Shown here piece after piece: positions 50,785-62,115 of a stretch of DNA of 64,000 bases (its first letter is position 1; each line of letters begins with the position of its first letter). The notes under the pieces are model-generated. The model made no database searches and was not told where the DNA came from. It was given only the letters and a program-made list of their open reading frames with translations. Origin of the DNA: Spirochaetia bacterium (GTDB lineage: Bacteria; Spirochaetota; Spirochaetia; SZUA-6; Bin103); the NCBI GenBank assembly GCA_965198005.1, contig CBDAOI010000003.1, forward strand, positions 1,024,001 through 1,088,000. The letters are read 5' to 3'. The translations under genes and the position numbers were made by a program.

Positions 50785-52394
50785 CCACGCTTGAGGTCGG
50801 CCCGGCTGCCCATCGCCGGCTCCGCCCCCTGCCGGTGGTGACCGGCGCGGAGATGGCGGAGATCGACCGCCGCGCCCAGACCGAGTATGCGCTGCCCGCC
50901 GACGTACTGATGGAGAACGCGGGCGCCAACGCCTACGCCGCGGTGCGCGAGCACCTGTGGGGGGGATCGGTGCCGGCCGCGCCGTTGGTGTTCATCGCCG
51001 GGCGCGGCAACAACGGCGGTGACGCCCTGGTCATGGCGCGCCACGCCCGCGCCGGCGCCGCGGCCGAGGTGGCGGTGGTGCTCGCCGGCGGCGAACCGCA
51101 GGCGGGCGGCCCGGCGGCCCGGAACCTGTCCGCGTGTCGTGCCGCCGGCATCCCCGTCGTGCGCTGGGAGGGGGAACGCGCCGCCGCCGGCCGGACCATT
51201 GCCGCCGCGGCCTGGATCTTCGACGGCATTGCCGGCACCGGCCTCGCCGGTGCCTTGCGGCCGCCGGCGGCCGCGGTGGTGGCGCAGATCAACGCCGCTC
51301 CCGCGCGCGTGGTGGCGCTCGACGTGCCGAGCGGCCTGTGGGACCGTTACCGTGGCGGTCCCCTGGTGCGCGCGGCCGCCACCGTCACCATGGGGCTGCC
51401 GAAGCGCTGTCTCTACCTGCCGGCCGCTCGCACCGCGGCCGGCGAGGTGCTGGTGGTGGCGGTCGGGTTCCCGCGGCCGCTGCTGACCGCGGGGTGCACG
51501 CTGCTGACCGCGGATCTGTTGCCCGGCCTGCTCCCGGCCACGCCGCCGGACGCGCACAAGGGCACGCGCGGCCACCTGGCGGTGTTCGCCGCGGCCCCCG
51601 GCACCACCGGCGCGGCTCATCTGGCGACGGCCGCGGCCGCCGCCGCCGGTGCGGGCCTGGTCACCCTGTACGTCGACGCCGCGACCTACCGGATCGTGGC
51701 CCCGGCGGCGCGTTCCACCATGATTCGTCAGTTCGAGGCCGCCGGCGAGTCGCAGCCGGCGGCGCGGCTCGGGCGGCACCAGGCACTGCTTGCGGGGCCG
51801 GGCTGGGGGACGCGCCCGGAGCGGCGCGACCTGCTTGCGAAGGTGCTGGAGGCGCCGCTGCCGGGGGTGCTCGATGCGGACGGGCTGACGCTGCTGGCGC
51901 AGCTTGCGGCGGCCGAGGGCGCGCCCCGCACGTTGCACGGCCGCTGGGTGCTGACCCCGCATCCCGGCGAGATGGGCCGCTTGCTCGACCTCCCCACGGC
52001 CGAGGTTACCGCCGATCCGATGGCGGCCGCGGCGGCCGCCGCGGACCGCTGGCAGGCGACGGTGATTCTCAAGGGGCACGTGACCTGCATAGCCGACTAC
52101 GCGGACGTGCCGCCGGCGCTGCTGGACCGCAGCAATCCGGCGCTCGCTACCGGCGGCGCCGGCGACGTGCTGGCGGGGGTGGTGGCCGGCTTGCTGAGCC
52201 GCGGTATGGCGCCCGCGGCGGCGGCGCGCGCGGCAGTGCTGATTCACGCCGAGGCGGGGGACCGGGCACGGCGGGAGCGCGGCTGGTTCCGGGCGGAGGA
52301 TCTGCTCCCGCATATCGGCCGCGCCGCCGGCCCGCGCGAGCCAGCCGAGGGGGATGCCGCGAATGCCGCGAATTCCGTGAACGCGGCTTATTGA
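50781..52394 (+). CDS. nnr: Bifunctional NAD(P)H-hydrate epimerase/dehydratase
   Basis: LMENAG, GRGNNGGD, DVPSG, HKGTRG, DADGL, TPHPGE, ATGGAGDVLAG. Confidence 0.93.
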   Translation: MTTLEVGPAAHRRLRPLPVVTGAEMAEIDRRAQTEYALPADVLMENAGANAYAAVREHLWGGSVPAAPLVFIAGRGNNGGDALVMARHARAGAAAEVAVVLAGGEPQAGGPAARNLSACRAAGIPVVRWEGERAAAGRTIAAAAWIFDGIAGTGLAGALRPPAAAVVAQINAAPARVVALDVPSGLWDRYRGGPLVRAAATVTMGLPKRCLYLPAARTAAGEVLVVAVGFPRPLLTAGCTLLTADLLPGLLPATPPDAHKGTRGHLAVFAAAPGTTGAAHLATAAAAAAGAGLVTLYVDAATYRIVAPAARSTMIRQFEAAGESQPAARLGRHQALLAGPGWGTRPERRDLLAKVLEAPLPGVLDADGLTLLAQLAAAEGAPRTLHGRWVLTPHPGEMGRLLDLPTAEVTADPMAAAAAAADRWQATVILKGHVTCIADYADVPPALLDRSNPALATGGAGDVLAGVVAGLLSRGMAPAAAARAAVLIHAEAGDRARRERGWFRAEDLLPHIGRAAGPREPAEGDAANAANSVNAAY

Positions 52395-52462
52395 CCAGTC
52401 GGCGCCGGGCCGGTATGGTGAGGCTCTGATCGCCCCTGAACGAGAGAGGAGCACGGAGCGCG

Positions 52463-52930
52463 ATGCAACTCTATTTTCTGTCAGTCACAGCCAACCTGCT
52501 TGCGGGTGCCGTCCTGGCCAGCGACTATCTGGTGGGCCGCTATCCCGCCCTGGAGCCGTTGCGCATGCTGTTCGAGCGGCGCGCCACCCGTCTGACCCTG
52601 GCCGTCATCACGGCGCTGGTCGGCGTGTTGAAACTGTTCGTGTACACCAACTATGCGGACGCGGGTCAGGTCGCGCTGCTGGCGGACCTGCTGCCGGCGC
52701 TGGCCGGGATCGTGGCGGGTGCGACCCTGGCCGGTCAGGCGCTGGAGTTCGGCACCGAGCGCGCCGACGAGGCCGCCCCACCCGAGAGCGAGACGGCGCC
52801 CATGGTCGACACCGACGGGACGGTCGAGAAAGCGAGCCGGTTCGCTCAGCGCAACCGGGTGGTGGTCGGCTTCGCCGGAATCGGCGCCGCGGTACTTCAC
52901 TTCCTGTTCGGCGGCGTCGTGCTGTTTTGA
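52463..52930 (+). CDS. Hypothetical membrane protein
   Basis: Four hydrophobic segments, GGAG RBS. Confidence 0.75.
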   Translation: MQLYFLSVTANLLAGAVLASDYLVGRYPALEPLRMLFERRATRLTLAVITALVGVLKLFVYTNYADAGQVALLADLLPALAGIVAGATLAGQALEFGTERADEAAPPESETAPMVDTDGTVEKASRFAQRNRVVVGFAGIGAAVLHFLFGGVVLF

Positions 52931-54967
52931 TCAGCGGCCGGCTGCCGCCGCGGCAGCCTGGGATCGTTTGATCACGTCATCGGCGAGACGTCCGGTCACC
53001 GGCGCGTATTCGGCGAACTCGACCTCGAACGACCCCGTACCCGAGGTCATCGACTTGAGATCGATGGCGTAGCGCAACAGTTCCGCCTGCGGCACCAGCG
53101 CCTTGACCTCGAGCATGCCGCCGCCGATCGGTTCCTGGCCCTGAATGCGTCCGCGCCGCCCGCTCAGGTCCGACAGCACGTCGCCCAGATAATGCTCTTC
53201 GACCGAGACCGTAAGGTTGGAAATCGGCTCCAGCAGCACCGGCCGGGCCTTGCCCAGCGCGTCGCGCAGCGCCCCGCGCGCCGCCAGCGAGAAGGCCAGC
53301 TCGGACGAGTCGACCGAGTGCTCCCTGCCGTCCACCAGCGTCACCTCGATTCCCATCACCGGGTACCCGGCCAGCACGCCGCTGGTCATTCCTTCGCGGA
53401 GCCCTTTCTCGACTCCGGGAATGTAGCCGCGTGAGATGGCGCCGCCGAAGATCTGGTTGACGAACTGGAACTCTTCGCCGCCCCGTGGCACCGGCTTGAC
53501 CTTGATCTCGACCTTGGCGTATTGGCCGTGGCCGCCGGTCTGTTTCTTGTGCTGATACTCGGCCGCCGCCGATCCCGCGATCGTCTCGCGGTAGCCGACC
53601 CGCGGGACCTTGGTCTCGACCTCGATCTTGGCGGCGCGCTTGATCTTGTCCAGCACCACGGTGAGCTGGAGTTCGCCCATGCAGGACGCCACGTTCTCGC
53701 GCGTCTCTCCGTTGTAGGCGACCTTGAAGGTCGGATCTTCCTCCCCGGCGCGGGCCAGGAACTGGCCGAGCTTGTCGTCGTCCTTCTTGGAAGCCGCCGC
53801 CACCGTGACCGCGTGCACCGGCTGCGGCAGATCCAGCGGAGGATAACTGACGTCCGACCCCTGGGCCAGAGTGTCTCCCGTGGCGGCGGTCGACAGCTTG
53901 GTGAGGACGCCGACGTCGCCGGTTGCCAGGGCGGGGGTCTCCGTCAGTTTGCCCCCTTGCAGCAGGTACACCTTCGAAATCCGTTCCTTCTTGCGGTCAC
54001 GCTGGTTGGTCAACTCGGTGTCCGGCTTGAGCGTGCCCTGCATCATCCTGATCCACGACAGCTTGCCCGAGTACTGGTCGAGGCTGGTCTTGAACACGAA
54101 CGCCTCCGGACCGTCCGCGGCGTCGGCGGCGGACGCGTCCGGGGCCGGCGCCGCGAGCTGTACCAGGTCGAGCACGCTGGTGACGCCGGCGCCGGCGGTC
54201 ACGGCGCCCGCTACCACCGGCACCACCGCCCCGGACCGCAGGGCAATGGCGAGACCGGTGCGGATCTCTTCGTCGCTCAGGGTTTCCTCATCGAGGTATT
54301 TCTCCATCAGCACGTCGTCGCCCTCGGCGGCTCCCTCGATGAGATCCTGGCGGTACTGCTCCACCTCGTCGGCCAGCTCGGACGGCACGTCGGCCGCGGC
54401 TTCCCGTCCGTCGTCCTGCACCAGCGCCGTGCCGCGGAGCAGGTCCACCACCCCGGAGAACCCCGCGCCGGCCCCGATCGGAACGGCCACCGGGACGAAG
54501 GTGCCGGGCAGTTTCGCGCGCAGATCGGCGAGCGTGTCGGCGAAGCTGGCGTGCTCCTTGTCCATCTGATTGACGAACACGATCCGCGGCTTGGCCGCGG
54601 CCTCGAGGCGGCGCCACAGCTTGGCGGTCTCGATCTGGACGCCCACGTCGGCGCCGACCGTCACGATCGCGGTTTCGGCCACGTGCAGCGCCGCCACCGC
54701 CTCCCCGATGAAGTCGGCCGAGCCGGGGGTGTCGAGCAGGTTGACCTTGGCGCCATTCCACTCGAGGTGCCCGAGGGCGGTGTGAATCGAGATCCCGCGC
54801 GCTATCTCTTCCTCGGTGCGGTCGCTGACCGACTTGCCGGCGTCCACCGGCGCGAACTTGGGCACCTCGCCGCCGCGCACCAGCGCCAGTTCCATGAGCG
54901 ATGTCTTTCCCGTGCCGCCGTGACCGATGATCGCGACGTTGCGGATGTCGGAAGAAGCGATGCTCAT
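52931..54967 (-). CDS. fusA: Elongation factor G-like protein (EF-G II type)
   Basis: GHGGTGKT, RGISI, DTPG, NQMD, MGELQL, KKQTGGHGQY, HSVDSS. Confidence 0.9.
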   Translation of the reverse strand: MSIASSDIRNVAIIGHGGTGKTSLMELALVRGGEVPKFAPVDAGKSVSDRTEEEIARGISIHTALGHLEWNGAKVNLLDTPGSADFIGEAVAALHVAETAIVTVGADVGVQIETAKLWRRLEAAAKPRIVFVNQMDKEHASFADTLADLRAKLPGTFVPVAVPIGAGAGFSGVVDLLRGTALVQDDGREAAADVPSELADEVEQYRQDLIEGAAEGDDVLMEKYLDEETLSDEEIRTGLAIALRSGAVVPVVAGAVTAGAGVTSVLDLVQLAAPAPDASAADAADGPEAFVFKTSLDQYSGKLSWIRMMQGTLKPDTELTNQRDRKKERISKVYLLQGGKLTETPALATGDVGVLTKLSTAATGDTLAQGSDVSYPPLDLPQPVHAVTVAAASKKDDDKLGQFLARAGEEDPTFKVAYNGETRENVASCMGELQLTVVLDKIKRAAKIEVETKVPRVGYRETIAGSAAAEYQHKKQTGGHGQYAKVEIKVKPVPRGGEEFQFVNQIFGGAISRGYIPGVEKGLREGMTSGVLAGYPVMGIEVTLVDGREHSVDSSELAFSLAARGALRDALGKARPVLLEPISNLTVSVEEHYLGDVLSDLSGRRGRIQGQEPIGGGMLEVKALVPQAELLRYAIDLKSMTSGTGSFEVEFAEYAPVTGRLADDVIKRSQAAAAAAGR

Positions 54968-55215
54968 GGCTGTGATCTCCTTGCAGGCACGTTCGGGGTG
55001 CGCGGCGCGTCGCTCGGGGCGGGGCGACCGGCGCACCGACTCCACATCGTAGACCGGCGCGAACGGCTTGTCAACCGACCGGATCGAACTGGCCATGCCT
55101 GACGAAACCGCACACGACGGGGAGTCGCCTTCGATCATCCAACGGTTACCGAGTCCGCTACACCACGTCGTACATGCGCTGTCCTCCGTGCTGGCCCATC
55201 GGTCTGACGGCCGCC

Positions 55216-55249
55216 TTGCATCCTTCCTGATTTTGCATGACAATGTCAT
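55216..55249 (+). promoter_or_regulatory. TA promoter with palindromic operator
   Basis: TTGCAT-17-GACAAT; atgaca-a-tgtcat at 55237-55249. Confidence 0.6.
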
Positions 55250-55278
55250 TCATTCAAGACCGACAAGGAGAATCGACC

Positions 55279-55542
55279 ATGGCTGCAAATCAGCTCGTCC
55301 AGGCCCGCATCGACGGAGCCGTGAAAGAAGAGGCGGCCGCCGTGCTGGCCGCAATGGGCCTGACCGTGTCCGATGCCGTGCGGCTACTGCTGACCCGGGT
55401 TGCGCAGGACAAGACCCTGCCGTTCGCGCCTCTGATTCCAAACGCCGTCACCATCGAGGCGATGAAGGAAGCCCGCAAGGGCGGCCTCCTGCAATTCGAC
55501 AGCGTGCAAGCTCTCATGGGCGATCTGCATGCGCAAGATTGA
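55279..55542 (+). CDS. dinJ: RelB/DinJ antitoxin
   Basis: VQARID..VKEEAAAVLAAMGLTVSDAVRL...LPF...PN..TIEAM. Confidence 0.92.
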   Translation: MAANQLVQARIDGAVKEEAAAVLAAMGLTVSDAVRLLLTRVAQDKTLPFAPLIPNAVTIEAMKEARKGGLLQFDSVQALMGDLHAQD

Positions 55543-55732
55543 GCGCACCGGCCAGTTCAGGCGCGATTACAAGCGCGAGGCCAGGGGCCAGCACCGGACG
55601 ACACTCGACGCCGACTTGGTGCCCATCCTGGTTGCCCTGGCCGATGACCAGCCGCTGGAGCCTCGGCACTACGACCATGCGCTGAGCGGCGATTGGAAAG
55701 ATCACCGCGATTGCCACGTGAAGCCTCGTTGA
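55529..55732 (+). pseudogene. yafQ: YafQ toxin, C-terminally truncated
   Basis: TGQFRRDYK...DHALSGDWKDHRDCHVKP then stop; the LIY...RLGSHS end is missing. Confidence 0.85.
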
Positions 55733-55763
55733 AGTCCGGCTCCCCCGTGAAACGCCAGTGAGG

Positions 55764-56009
55764 TCATCGCGCCGGCGCGCTGCAGCGCTCCGAGAATGCG
55801 CGCCTGCAGGTACTCGCGCGCGACGTTCCGGCCTCCCAGGGCGGCGCCAGGGTATACAGTCCGCGCCGCAGTTGCCGAACCCGCCCGCTGCGCGTCCAGC
55901 GCGAGAGCTGGCGCCGCAGATCGGCAGGGTCAACGGCCCCCGCCAGCAGCAACCCGGTCTCGAACAGCGGCTCATCCGCCACGATTTCCGCCAACTCCTG
56001 AAATCGCAT
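55764..56009 (-). pseudogene. AbiEi-like type IV antitoxin N-terminal fragment
   Basis: RRQLSRWTRSGRVRQLRRGLY. Confidence 0.65.
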
Positions 56010-56184
56010 TGCCACAAGTTACCATTTTGGGCAGACTATTGCCACAGGAACATCGAAGAGCGCGCGGCTGCTACGTGCCCGAACGCGCGCGCGGCCGCTG
56101 CATCAACGGCGGTGCAACGGCGGTGCCGCACTCGATTGCCTCCCGCGCCTTGGACACGATAGAGTCAGTGCTCAGGCTACCGTA

Positions 56185-56469
56185 GTGATCACCTCCCGCG
56201 CCCACCCGCGCATTCCCTACGGCGAGCCGCAGGCGCTGCTGTCGCTGCTCGTGGTCGCCCCGGCCGGCCTGCCGCTGGCCCTGGCCTGCCGGCGGCTGCA
56301 CCGCAAGGGCTATCGCGTCACCGCCTGGGTAGCAATGGCCGTACTGGCGGTCGCCACCGTCGCCGCCACCCTGATCGCCGGCCTGCTCGGCCCCGCCGCC
56401 ATCATCATCTACGCCCTCGTAATAAGCCTCCCCGTCTGGCTCGCCGGCTCCCTCCTCCGCAAGCATTAG
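56185..56469 (+). CDS. Small membrane protein (possibly partial)
   Basis: Three hydrophobic segments. Confidence 0.55.
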   Translation: MITSRAHPRIPYGEPQALLSLLVVAPAGLPLALACRRLHRKGYRVTAWVAMAVLAVATVAATLIAGLLGPAAIIIYALVISLPVWLAGSLLRKH

Positions 56470-57021
56470 ACCGGCTCCATACACCAGCCCCCAACGGCAC
56501 CAGCCCAAGCCCGCGCTTATTCGGCATTTTCCAATACCGATTTTGGCAGAGAATAGATTGCCAAGAAATCCATGGCCGAATATCTTGTACACTGGAATGT
56601 CATCATCGTCGAGGTTGAGGGTGGTGATGGCGCGGCAGACTGCGTAGCGGCGCTGCTGGCCGCGCTCGCGGCCGACCCGCGACATCGACTTTCCGCTCGG
56701 CGGCCAGTCAATCGCATGGATCCTGGATCTGCTTGTCGATCCCGTTCCGTACCACGTGCAACTCTTCGTCTCGGCACTTCGCAATGCGTGTAGAGCAGAC
56801 CCCTCGCGGGTGTCGCCGGAAACGATCGAGCGTTGTTTTGAAGAGCAGCTCGCGGGCGAAAGCGGAACCGCCCATCCGGAAGCTCAGCGACCGGATTTTC
56901 GACGTCGTGGTGGCCCCCGGCTTGTTGGGAGAACCTGCCTCCGGAGCGCCTCCGCCACGCTGGATGCGCTGGTTGCCGGTTGCTTGACGCCGCTGCGGTT
57001 CGGGAATAGGTTCAGAGAGCC

Positions 57022-58144
57022 ATGCCGGCGTCAGGAAGCCCTGAGCGCAGCGACCGCGCCGTTGCGCTGATCAATGACTTGTTGGCGGCTTCCGCTGAGA
57101 CCGCCAGCGTCGAGTTCAAGGAGAACAACTCCGCGCCCGTTCTGATCGGGAAATACATCTCGGCGCTCGCCAACGCCGCGGCCCTCGAAGAGGAGCACTT
57201 CGGGTACCTGGTGTGGGGGGTGCGTGACTCCGATTACACGGTGATCGGCACCACCTTCGATCCGCACTCGGTCGTACGGAACGGCCAACCGCTGCCGTTT
57301 TGGCTGGCGCAGCGAATCGCCCCGGACGTGGCGTTTCGATTTCAGACCGTGGCACACCCCGCCGGACGGGTGGTGCTGCTGACGATTCCGGCTGCCACGG
57401 TAAGTCCCGTGGACTTTGACCGCACGGCGTATCTCCGGATCGGATCAGCGACGCCACGCCTGGCCGACTACCCCGACCGGCAAAGGGCACTGTGGAGAAA
57501 GCTCCAGCCATTCCTTTGGGAGACCGGCATCGCCGCGAGTTTCCTGACCGAAGATGAGGTGCTTGCCCGCATCGACTATCCCAGCTACTTCGACCTCACC
57601 GACCAGCCGCTGCCGAACAGTCGACACGGTATCGTACAACGTCTGAGCCAGGACCGGATCATCATCCACGATGCCGGAGGCCGCTGGAACATCACCCATC
57701 TCGGGGCAATACCGGTTCATCGACGCACCGCCGCGGTCACGCAACGAAGCACTCGCCGCGTTCATGCGCCGCATGAAACTCTGCGAAGAACAGGGCACGG
57801 GAATCGACAAGGTGGTGGCGGCCGTGGAACGCCGGCAGATGCCGCCACCTGATTTTCAGGTGGGAAACGGCCGGATAGAGGCGACGCGGGCGATTCTCTT
57901 CGCGCCGGCCGGGTTCGCGGACACCATGATTCAGGAACGGGTGCGGGCCTGTTACCAACATGCCGCGCTGAAGTTTCTGGAGCGCGGCGTATTGACCAAT
58001 GCCAGCCTGCGGCAGCGCTTTGGCCTGACTGGACGAGACAGCGCGAAGGTGTCGCAGGTGATCCGCCTCGCCCGCGACCGCGGCCTGATCAAACCTGCCG
58101 ACCCCACACACCTGCGATCCGGCTACGTGCCTTTCTGGGCGTAA
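57022..58144 (+). pseudogene. Schlafen/AlbA_2 plus RecG-C/HATPase-like regulator with internal deletion near 57710
   Basis: VEFKEN...YISALAN...YLVWGV; RSRNEALA..MRR...CEEQGTGI; LTNASLRQRF...YVPFWA. Confidence 0.8.
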
Positions 58145-58379
58145 GCCGGCAAGGTCAGCACCGGGAGCACCTTCCTGGAGCATGCTGCCGACTGGGAGCC
58201 GGGTGCGGTACGTCGCGCCGGCTCTAAACCGCTCTAAATCGACGTGGCGCCGCCGGCACCGAGTCGAGCCCCACTGCCCGCCGACTACGTAGGGCGCACC
58301 GCAGCCGTCATCGATAGACTGTAGATCGTAATAGTGAGGCAGAGCGGCCTCGAGATCGTCGACCATGGCCACGCACGTT

Positions 58380-58569
58380 GCCCGCAAGGGCGGCCTCCTG
58401 CAGTTCGACAGCGTGCAAGCTCTCATGGACGATCTGAATGAGCAAGATTGAGCGCACCGGCCAGTTCAGGCGCGATTACAAGCGCGAGGCCAGGGGCCAG
58501 CACCGGGCGTCACTCGACGCCGACTTGGTGCCCATCCTGGTTGCCCTGGCCGATGACCAGCCGCTGGAG
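58380..58569 (+). repeat. 190-bp direct repeat of 55471-55660 (dinJ end and yafQ start)
   Basis: Colinear, same length, a few substitutions. Confidence 0.92.
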
Positions 58570-58666
58570 GTCGTCGCGCAGTGGGAGCACGAGGCGATCA
58601 GCGAACGCACCGCCGCGGCCCTCGCCGCCAAGCGTGCCCGCGGCGAGCGCATCAGCGGCCAGGCCC
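58570..58666 (+). pseudogene. Serine recombinase fragment
   Basis: [32 protein letters not shown] (resolvase E-helix pattern). Confidence 0.65.
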
Positions 58667-60724
58667 CTAGCGCCACGAAGGCGGCCGCGTGGTAGTCGAG
58701 GCGCCTGCGGGGGTGCGCGGCGCGAAGTGGGTGAAGAACATGGCGAATGCGCCGCGGCCCCGGGTCAGGCTGCGGAGCGTCGTCGAGTACCCGAACATGC
58801 GCGCCAGCGGCGCGTGCGCGGTTACCTGCTCGGCCCCGGCGCGCGACTCCACGCCGAGCACGGTCGCGCCGCGAGTGCCGAGGTTGCCGATTACGTCGCC
58901 GAGAAACTCCGCGGGCACCGTGACGTCCACTTCCATGACCGGCTCCAGCAGCACCGGCTCCGCTTGCCGGCAGGCGTCGGAGAAGGCCAGTGCTCCCGCC
59001 GCCTCGAATGCCACCGCCGACGAGACCGCCTCGTAGGTGGCGGCCTCGACGATGACCGCGATGTCGATGGTCTGGTAACCGTACAGCACACCGGAGCTCA
59101 TGGCGTTGCGGATTCCCCGTTCCAGTGCTTGCGCCACCGCCGCGGGCAAGGTCCCGCCGGCCAGCTCGCTCGCCACCCGGTTGCCGCCGCCCGGCGCCTG
59201 CGGCTCCACCCGCAGGGTGAGCTCGGCCAGGTGCAGGTTCCCGGCGATAGTACGCTGGAAACGTTGGTGGAAGCGGGCGGACCTGCTGATCGACTCGCGG
59301 TAGGAGACCTGCGGCTGACCGACCCGCGTTTCGACCCGGAACTCCGCCGACAGCCGCCGGACCACCACGTCGAGGTGCAACTCACCCATCCCCGAGATCA
59401 CGATCTGGCCGGTCTCCGCACTCTCCTCGACGAAGAAGGTGGGGTCTTCACGTGCGATCAGCTCCAGCGCCCCCCGCAGCCTTCCGGCCTCCGCCAGCGT
59501 GCGCGGCTCCACGGCCGCGGCAATGACGGGTTGCGGAAAGCTCATCCGCTCCAGCAGCAGGTCGACGCCGGCGCCCGCCAGGGTGTCGCCGGTGCGGACG
59601 TGCTTGAATCCGACCGCCACGGCGATGTCGCCGGCGGCGAGCTCGTCCAACGGCTGCGATCGATTGGCGTGCATCCGCAACAGCCGGCCGATCCGCTCGC
59701 GCCCGCCGCGGCCGACGTTGCGCACGGTGGCGCCGGTCTTGAACCGGCCCGCGTACGCCCGCACGTAGGTCAGGAGTCCTGCCTCCCGGTCGGTGCGCAG
59801 CTTGAACGCCAGACCCACGGGAGCGCCGGTCCGCGTGCGCGCCAACGCTACCGGATTGCCGGCACGGTCCAGCGCCGTGGCGGGCGCCAGCTCGTCCGGA
59901 CCCGGCAGGTAGTCGACCACCGCGTCGAGCAGGGGCTGGACACCGACGTCACGCAGTGCCGATCCACAGAACACCGGAAAGAAATCGTTGGCGATGGTGC
60001 GCCGGCGAATCTCGCGCCGCAGCAGCCCGGCCGGTATCGGAGCGCCCTCCAGGTAGCGCGCGGTAATCTCGTCCGAGGTGTTGGCCAGCTCGTCGAGCAG
60101 GCGTTCGCGCGCCGCCGCCGCCGCGCCGGCCAGCTCCGGGGGGATCGGCCCCCGCTCCACCTGTTCCCCGCGGGGACCCTTGAACCGGAGCGCGACCTGG
60201 TCGATCAGGTCGACGATGCCCGTAAACGCGGCCTCGGTCCCGAACGGAAGCTGCAGGGGCACGGGTCGTACGCCGAGCTTGGCCGCCATCTCGCCGACCA
60301 CCGCCTCGAACCGCGCTCCGACCCGGTCGAGCTTGTTGATGAACGCGATGCGCGGCACGCGGTAGCGGTCGCTCTGCCGCCACACCGCCTCGGACTGCGG
60401 TTCGACGCCCTCGACCGCGGAGAAGATCCCGACCGCCCCGTCGAGGACGCGCAGCGCCCGTTCGACCTCGGCCGTGAAATCGACGTGACCGGGGGTGTCG
60501 ATGAGGTTGATCTGGTGGGCGCGCCAGAAGCAGGTGGTGGCCGCCGCGGTAATCGTGATGCCGCGTTCCTGTTCCTGGCTCATCCAGTCCATGGTGGCCT
60601 CGCCGTCGTCGACCTCGCCGATGCGGTGGCTCCGGCCGGTGTAGAACAGGATCCGTTCGGTGGTGGTGGTCTTGCCGGCATCGATATGGGCGATGATGCC
60701 GATGTTGCGGACCCGGTCAGCCAT
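58667..60724 (-). CDS. fusA: Elongation factor G paralog with degenerate domain IV (likely recycling-type EF-G2)
   Basis: [35 protein letters not shown]. Confidence 0.92.
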   Translation of the reverse strand: MADRVRNIGIIAHIDAGKTTTTERILFYTGRSHRIGEVDDGEATMDWMSQEQERGITITAAATTCFWRAHQINLIDTPGHVDFTAEVERALRVLDGAVGIFSAVEGVEPQSEAVWRQSDRYRVPRIAFINKLDRVGARFEAVVGEMAAKLGVRPVPLQLPFGTEAAFTGIVDLIDQVALRFKGPRGEQVERGPIPPELAGAAAAARERLLDELANTSDEITARYLEGAPIPAGLLRREIRRRTIANDFFPVFCGSALRDVGVQPLLDAVVDYLPGPDELAPATALDRAGNPVALARTRTGAPVGLAFKLRTDREAGLLTYVRAYAGRFKTGATVRNVGRGGRERIGRLLRMHANRSQPLDELAAGDIAVAVGFKHVRTGDTLAGAGVDLLLERMSFPQPVIAAAVEPRTLAEAGRLRGALELIAREDPTFFVEESAETGQIVISGMGELHLDVVVRRLSAEFRVETRVGQPQVSYRESISRSARFHQRFQRTIAGNLHLAELTLRVEPQAPGGGNRVASELAGGTLPAAVAQALERGIRNAMSSGVLYGYQTIDIAVIVEAATYEAVSSAVAFEAAGALAFSDACRQAEPVLLEPVMEVDVTVPAEFLGDVIGNLGTRGATVLGVESRAGAEQVTAHAPLARMFGYSTTLRSLTRGRGAFAMFFTHFAPRTPAGASTTTRPPSWR

Positions 60725-60733
60725 GGGACCCGG

Positions 60734-61501
60734 TCAAGCCGCGCGCCGCGCGCTGGTGCCCGGGAGGAGCAGGGTCGCCATCAGCCGGCACCGCACGCCA
60801 CCGCCGTCGCGGCGCGAGGAGTGGAGCCGGGGACTGCAACACGTGCACTCGGTGACGACCTCGAGGTCACGTACGCCCAGGCGGCGCAGCAGGACCACGT
60901 TGGCCGCGCCCAGGTCGAGGTAACGCAGCCCGGCCGCCGTCCGTACCGCGGCCGGACCGTAGGCGTGCCGAAACCGATCGTACCGGGCCCGGTCGACGTG
61001 GTAGCAGCAGGCGCCGATTCCCGGCCCGATGACTGCCCGCAGCCGGTCGGGCGCGACCCGGAACCGGGACTGCAGCGCGCGCACCGCGACCGCCGCGATG
61101 CCGGTGCCGCGCCAGCCGGAGTGCAGCAGGGCGTAGCCACCCCCGGGGGCAGCCAACATGATCGGCAGACAATCCGCCATGGAGGCCATCAGCACCACGC
61201 CGTGCGCCGCGCAGGCCGGCCCGGCGACGATGCCGTCGGCGCCGTCAGCCGCCCACAGCCCGGGCCCGTCGGCCGCGCCGGCGCCGCTCGGCCACAGCCG
61301 GCGGCAGTCGGATGCGGGTACCACCCGGCGCGAATGGACCTGCCGCACGCGCCGCAGCCGTGCAGGCGCGATTCCCAGCCGTGCGAGCAGCGCCCGGAGC
61401 GGCTCCGGCCGGCGCACGTCGCCGGCTGAGCGCAACGAAACCACGGCCTGAAATCCCGCCCCGACCGGCAGCTCCAACTCGGTGGCGGTGGGCCGGAGCA
61501 T
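60734..61501 (-). CDS. pgeF: PgeF/YfiH (laccase-like) protein
   Basis: QVHS, ADG, ADCLP, HSGWRG, IGPGIGACCY, CTCC. Confidence 0.88.
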   Translation of the reverse strand: MLRPTATELELPVGAGFQAVVSLRSAGDVRRPEPLRALLARLGIAPARLRRVRQVHSRRVVPASDCRRLWPSGAGAADGPGLWAADGADGIVAGPACAAHGVVLMASMADCLPIMLAAPGGGYALLHSGWRGTGIAAVAVRALQSRFRVAPDRLRAVIGPGIGACCYHVDRARYDRFRHAYGPAAVRTAAGLRYLDLGAANVVLLRRLGVRDLEVVTECTCCSPRLHSSRRDGGGVRCRLMATLLLPGTSARRAA

Positions 61502-61527
61502 CGCCCGCGGCCCACCCCGACCGGGCG

Positions 61528-62115
61528 TCAGTCGTCGGATACCGGGACCAGCGCCGCGGCCGCGATCAGCTTCACCGCGTCGCCGATCAGGAACGGCGTC
61601 AGGCCCAGGGCGAGGGCGGTGACCAAGCCGCCGTCGACGAACCGCGCCAGCCAGGGCACCCCGAACAGATAGATCACCAGGTTGCCGGCGAGCATCATCA
61701 GCACCACCTGCCAGCGTTGGCCACCGCTCAGGTAGGAGCGCAGCCAGGCGATGAGCACCGCCGCCGCCAGGAACCCCATCAGGTAGCCGCCCGAGGGACC
61801 GGCCAACACGGCTGCCCCGGCCGCGCCGCCGGCAAAGAAGGGCAGCCCCAGCAAGCCTTGCGCCAGATACGCCGCCACCGCCGCCGGCCCGCGCCACCCC
61901 GGCAGCAACACCGGCAGCAGCAGCACCCCGAACGTCTGCCCGGTAATCGGAATGGGGGTGAATGGCAGGTTGATGCGGATCTGCGCGCACAGTGCCAGCA
62001 GCAGCGATCCGGTGAGCACCGTCACCACGTCGGTCATGATCGGGCCGATACCGGCCGGCGCCAGCGCCCGGTCGGCGGGCCGGTCCGCGTACCTGAAGGA
62101 AAAGCCGTTCGCCAT
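61528..62115 (-). CDS. bioY: Biotin transporter BioY
   Basis: PFTPIPITGQT, GLPFFAGG, GPSGGYLMGF, PFLIGDAVK. Confidence 0.92.
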   Translation of the reverse strand: MANGFSFRYADRPADRALAPAGIGPIMTDVVTVLTGSLLLALCAQIRINLPFTPIPITGQTFGVLLLPVLLPGWRGPAAVAAYLAQGLLGLPFFAGGAAGAAVLAGPSGGYLMGFLAAAVLIAWLRSYLSGGQRWQVVLMMLAGNLVIYLFGVPWLARFVDGGLVTALALGLTPFLIGDAVKLIAAAALVPVSDD

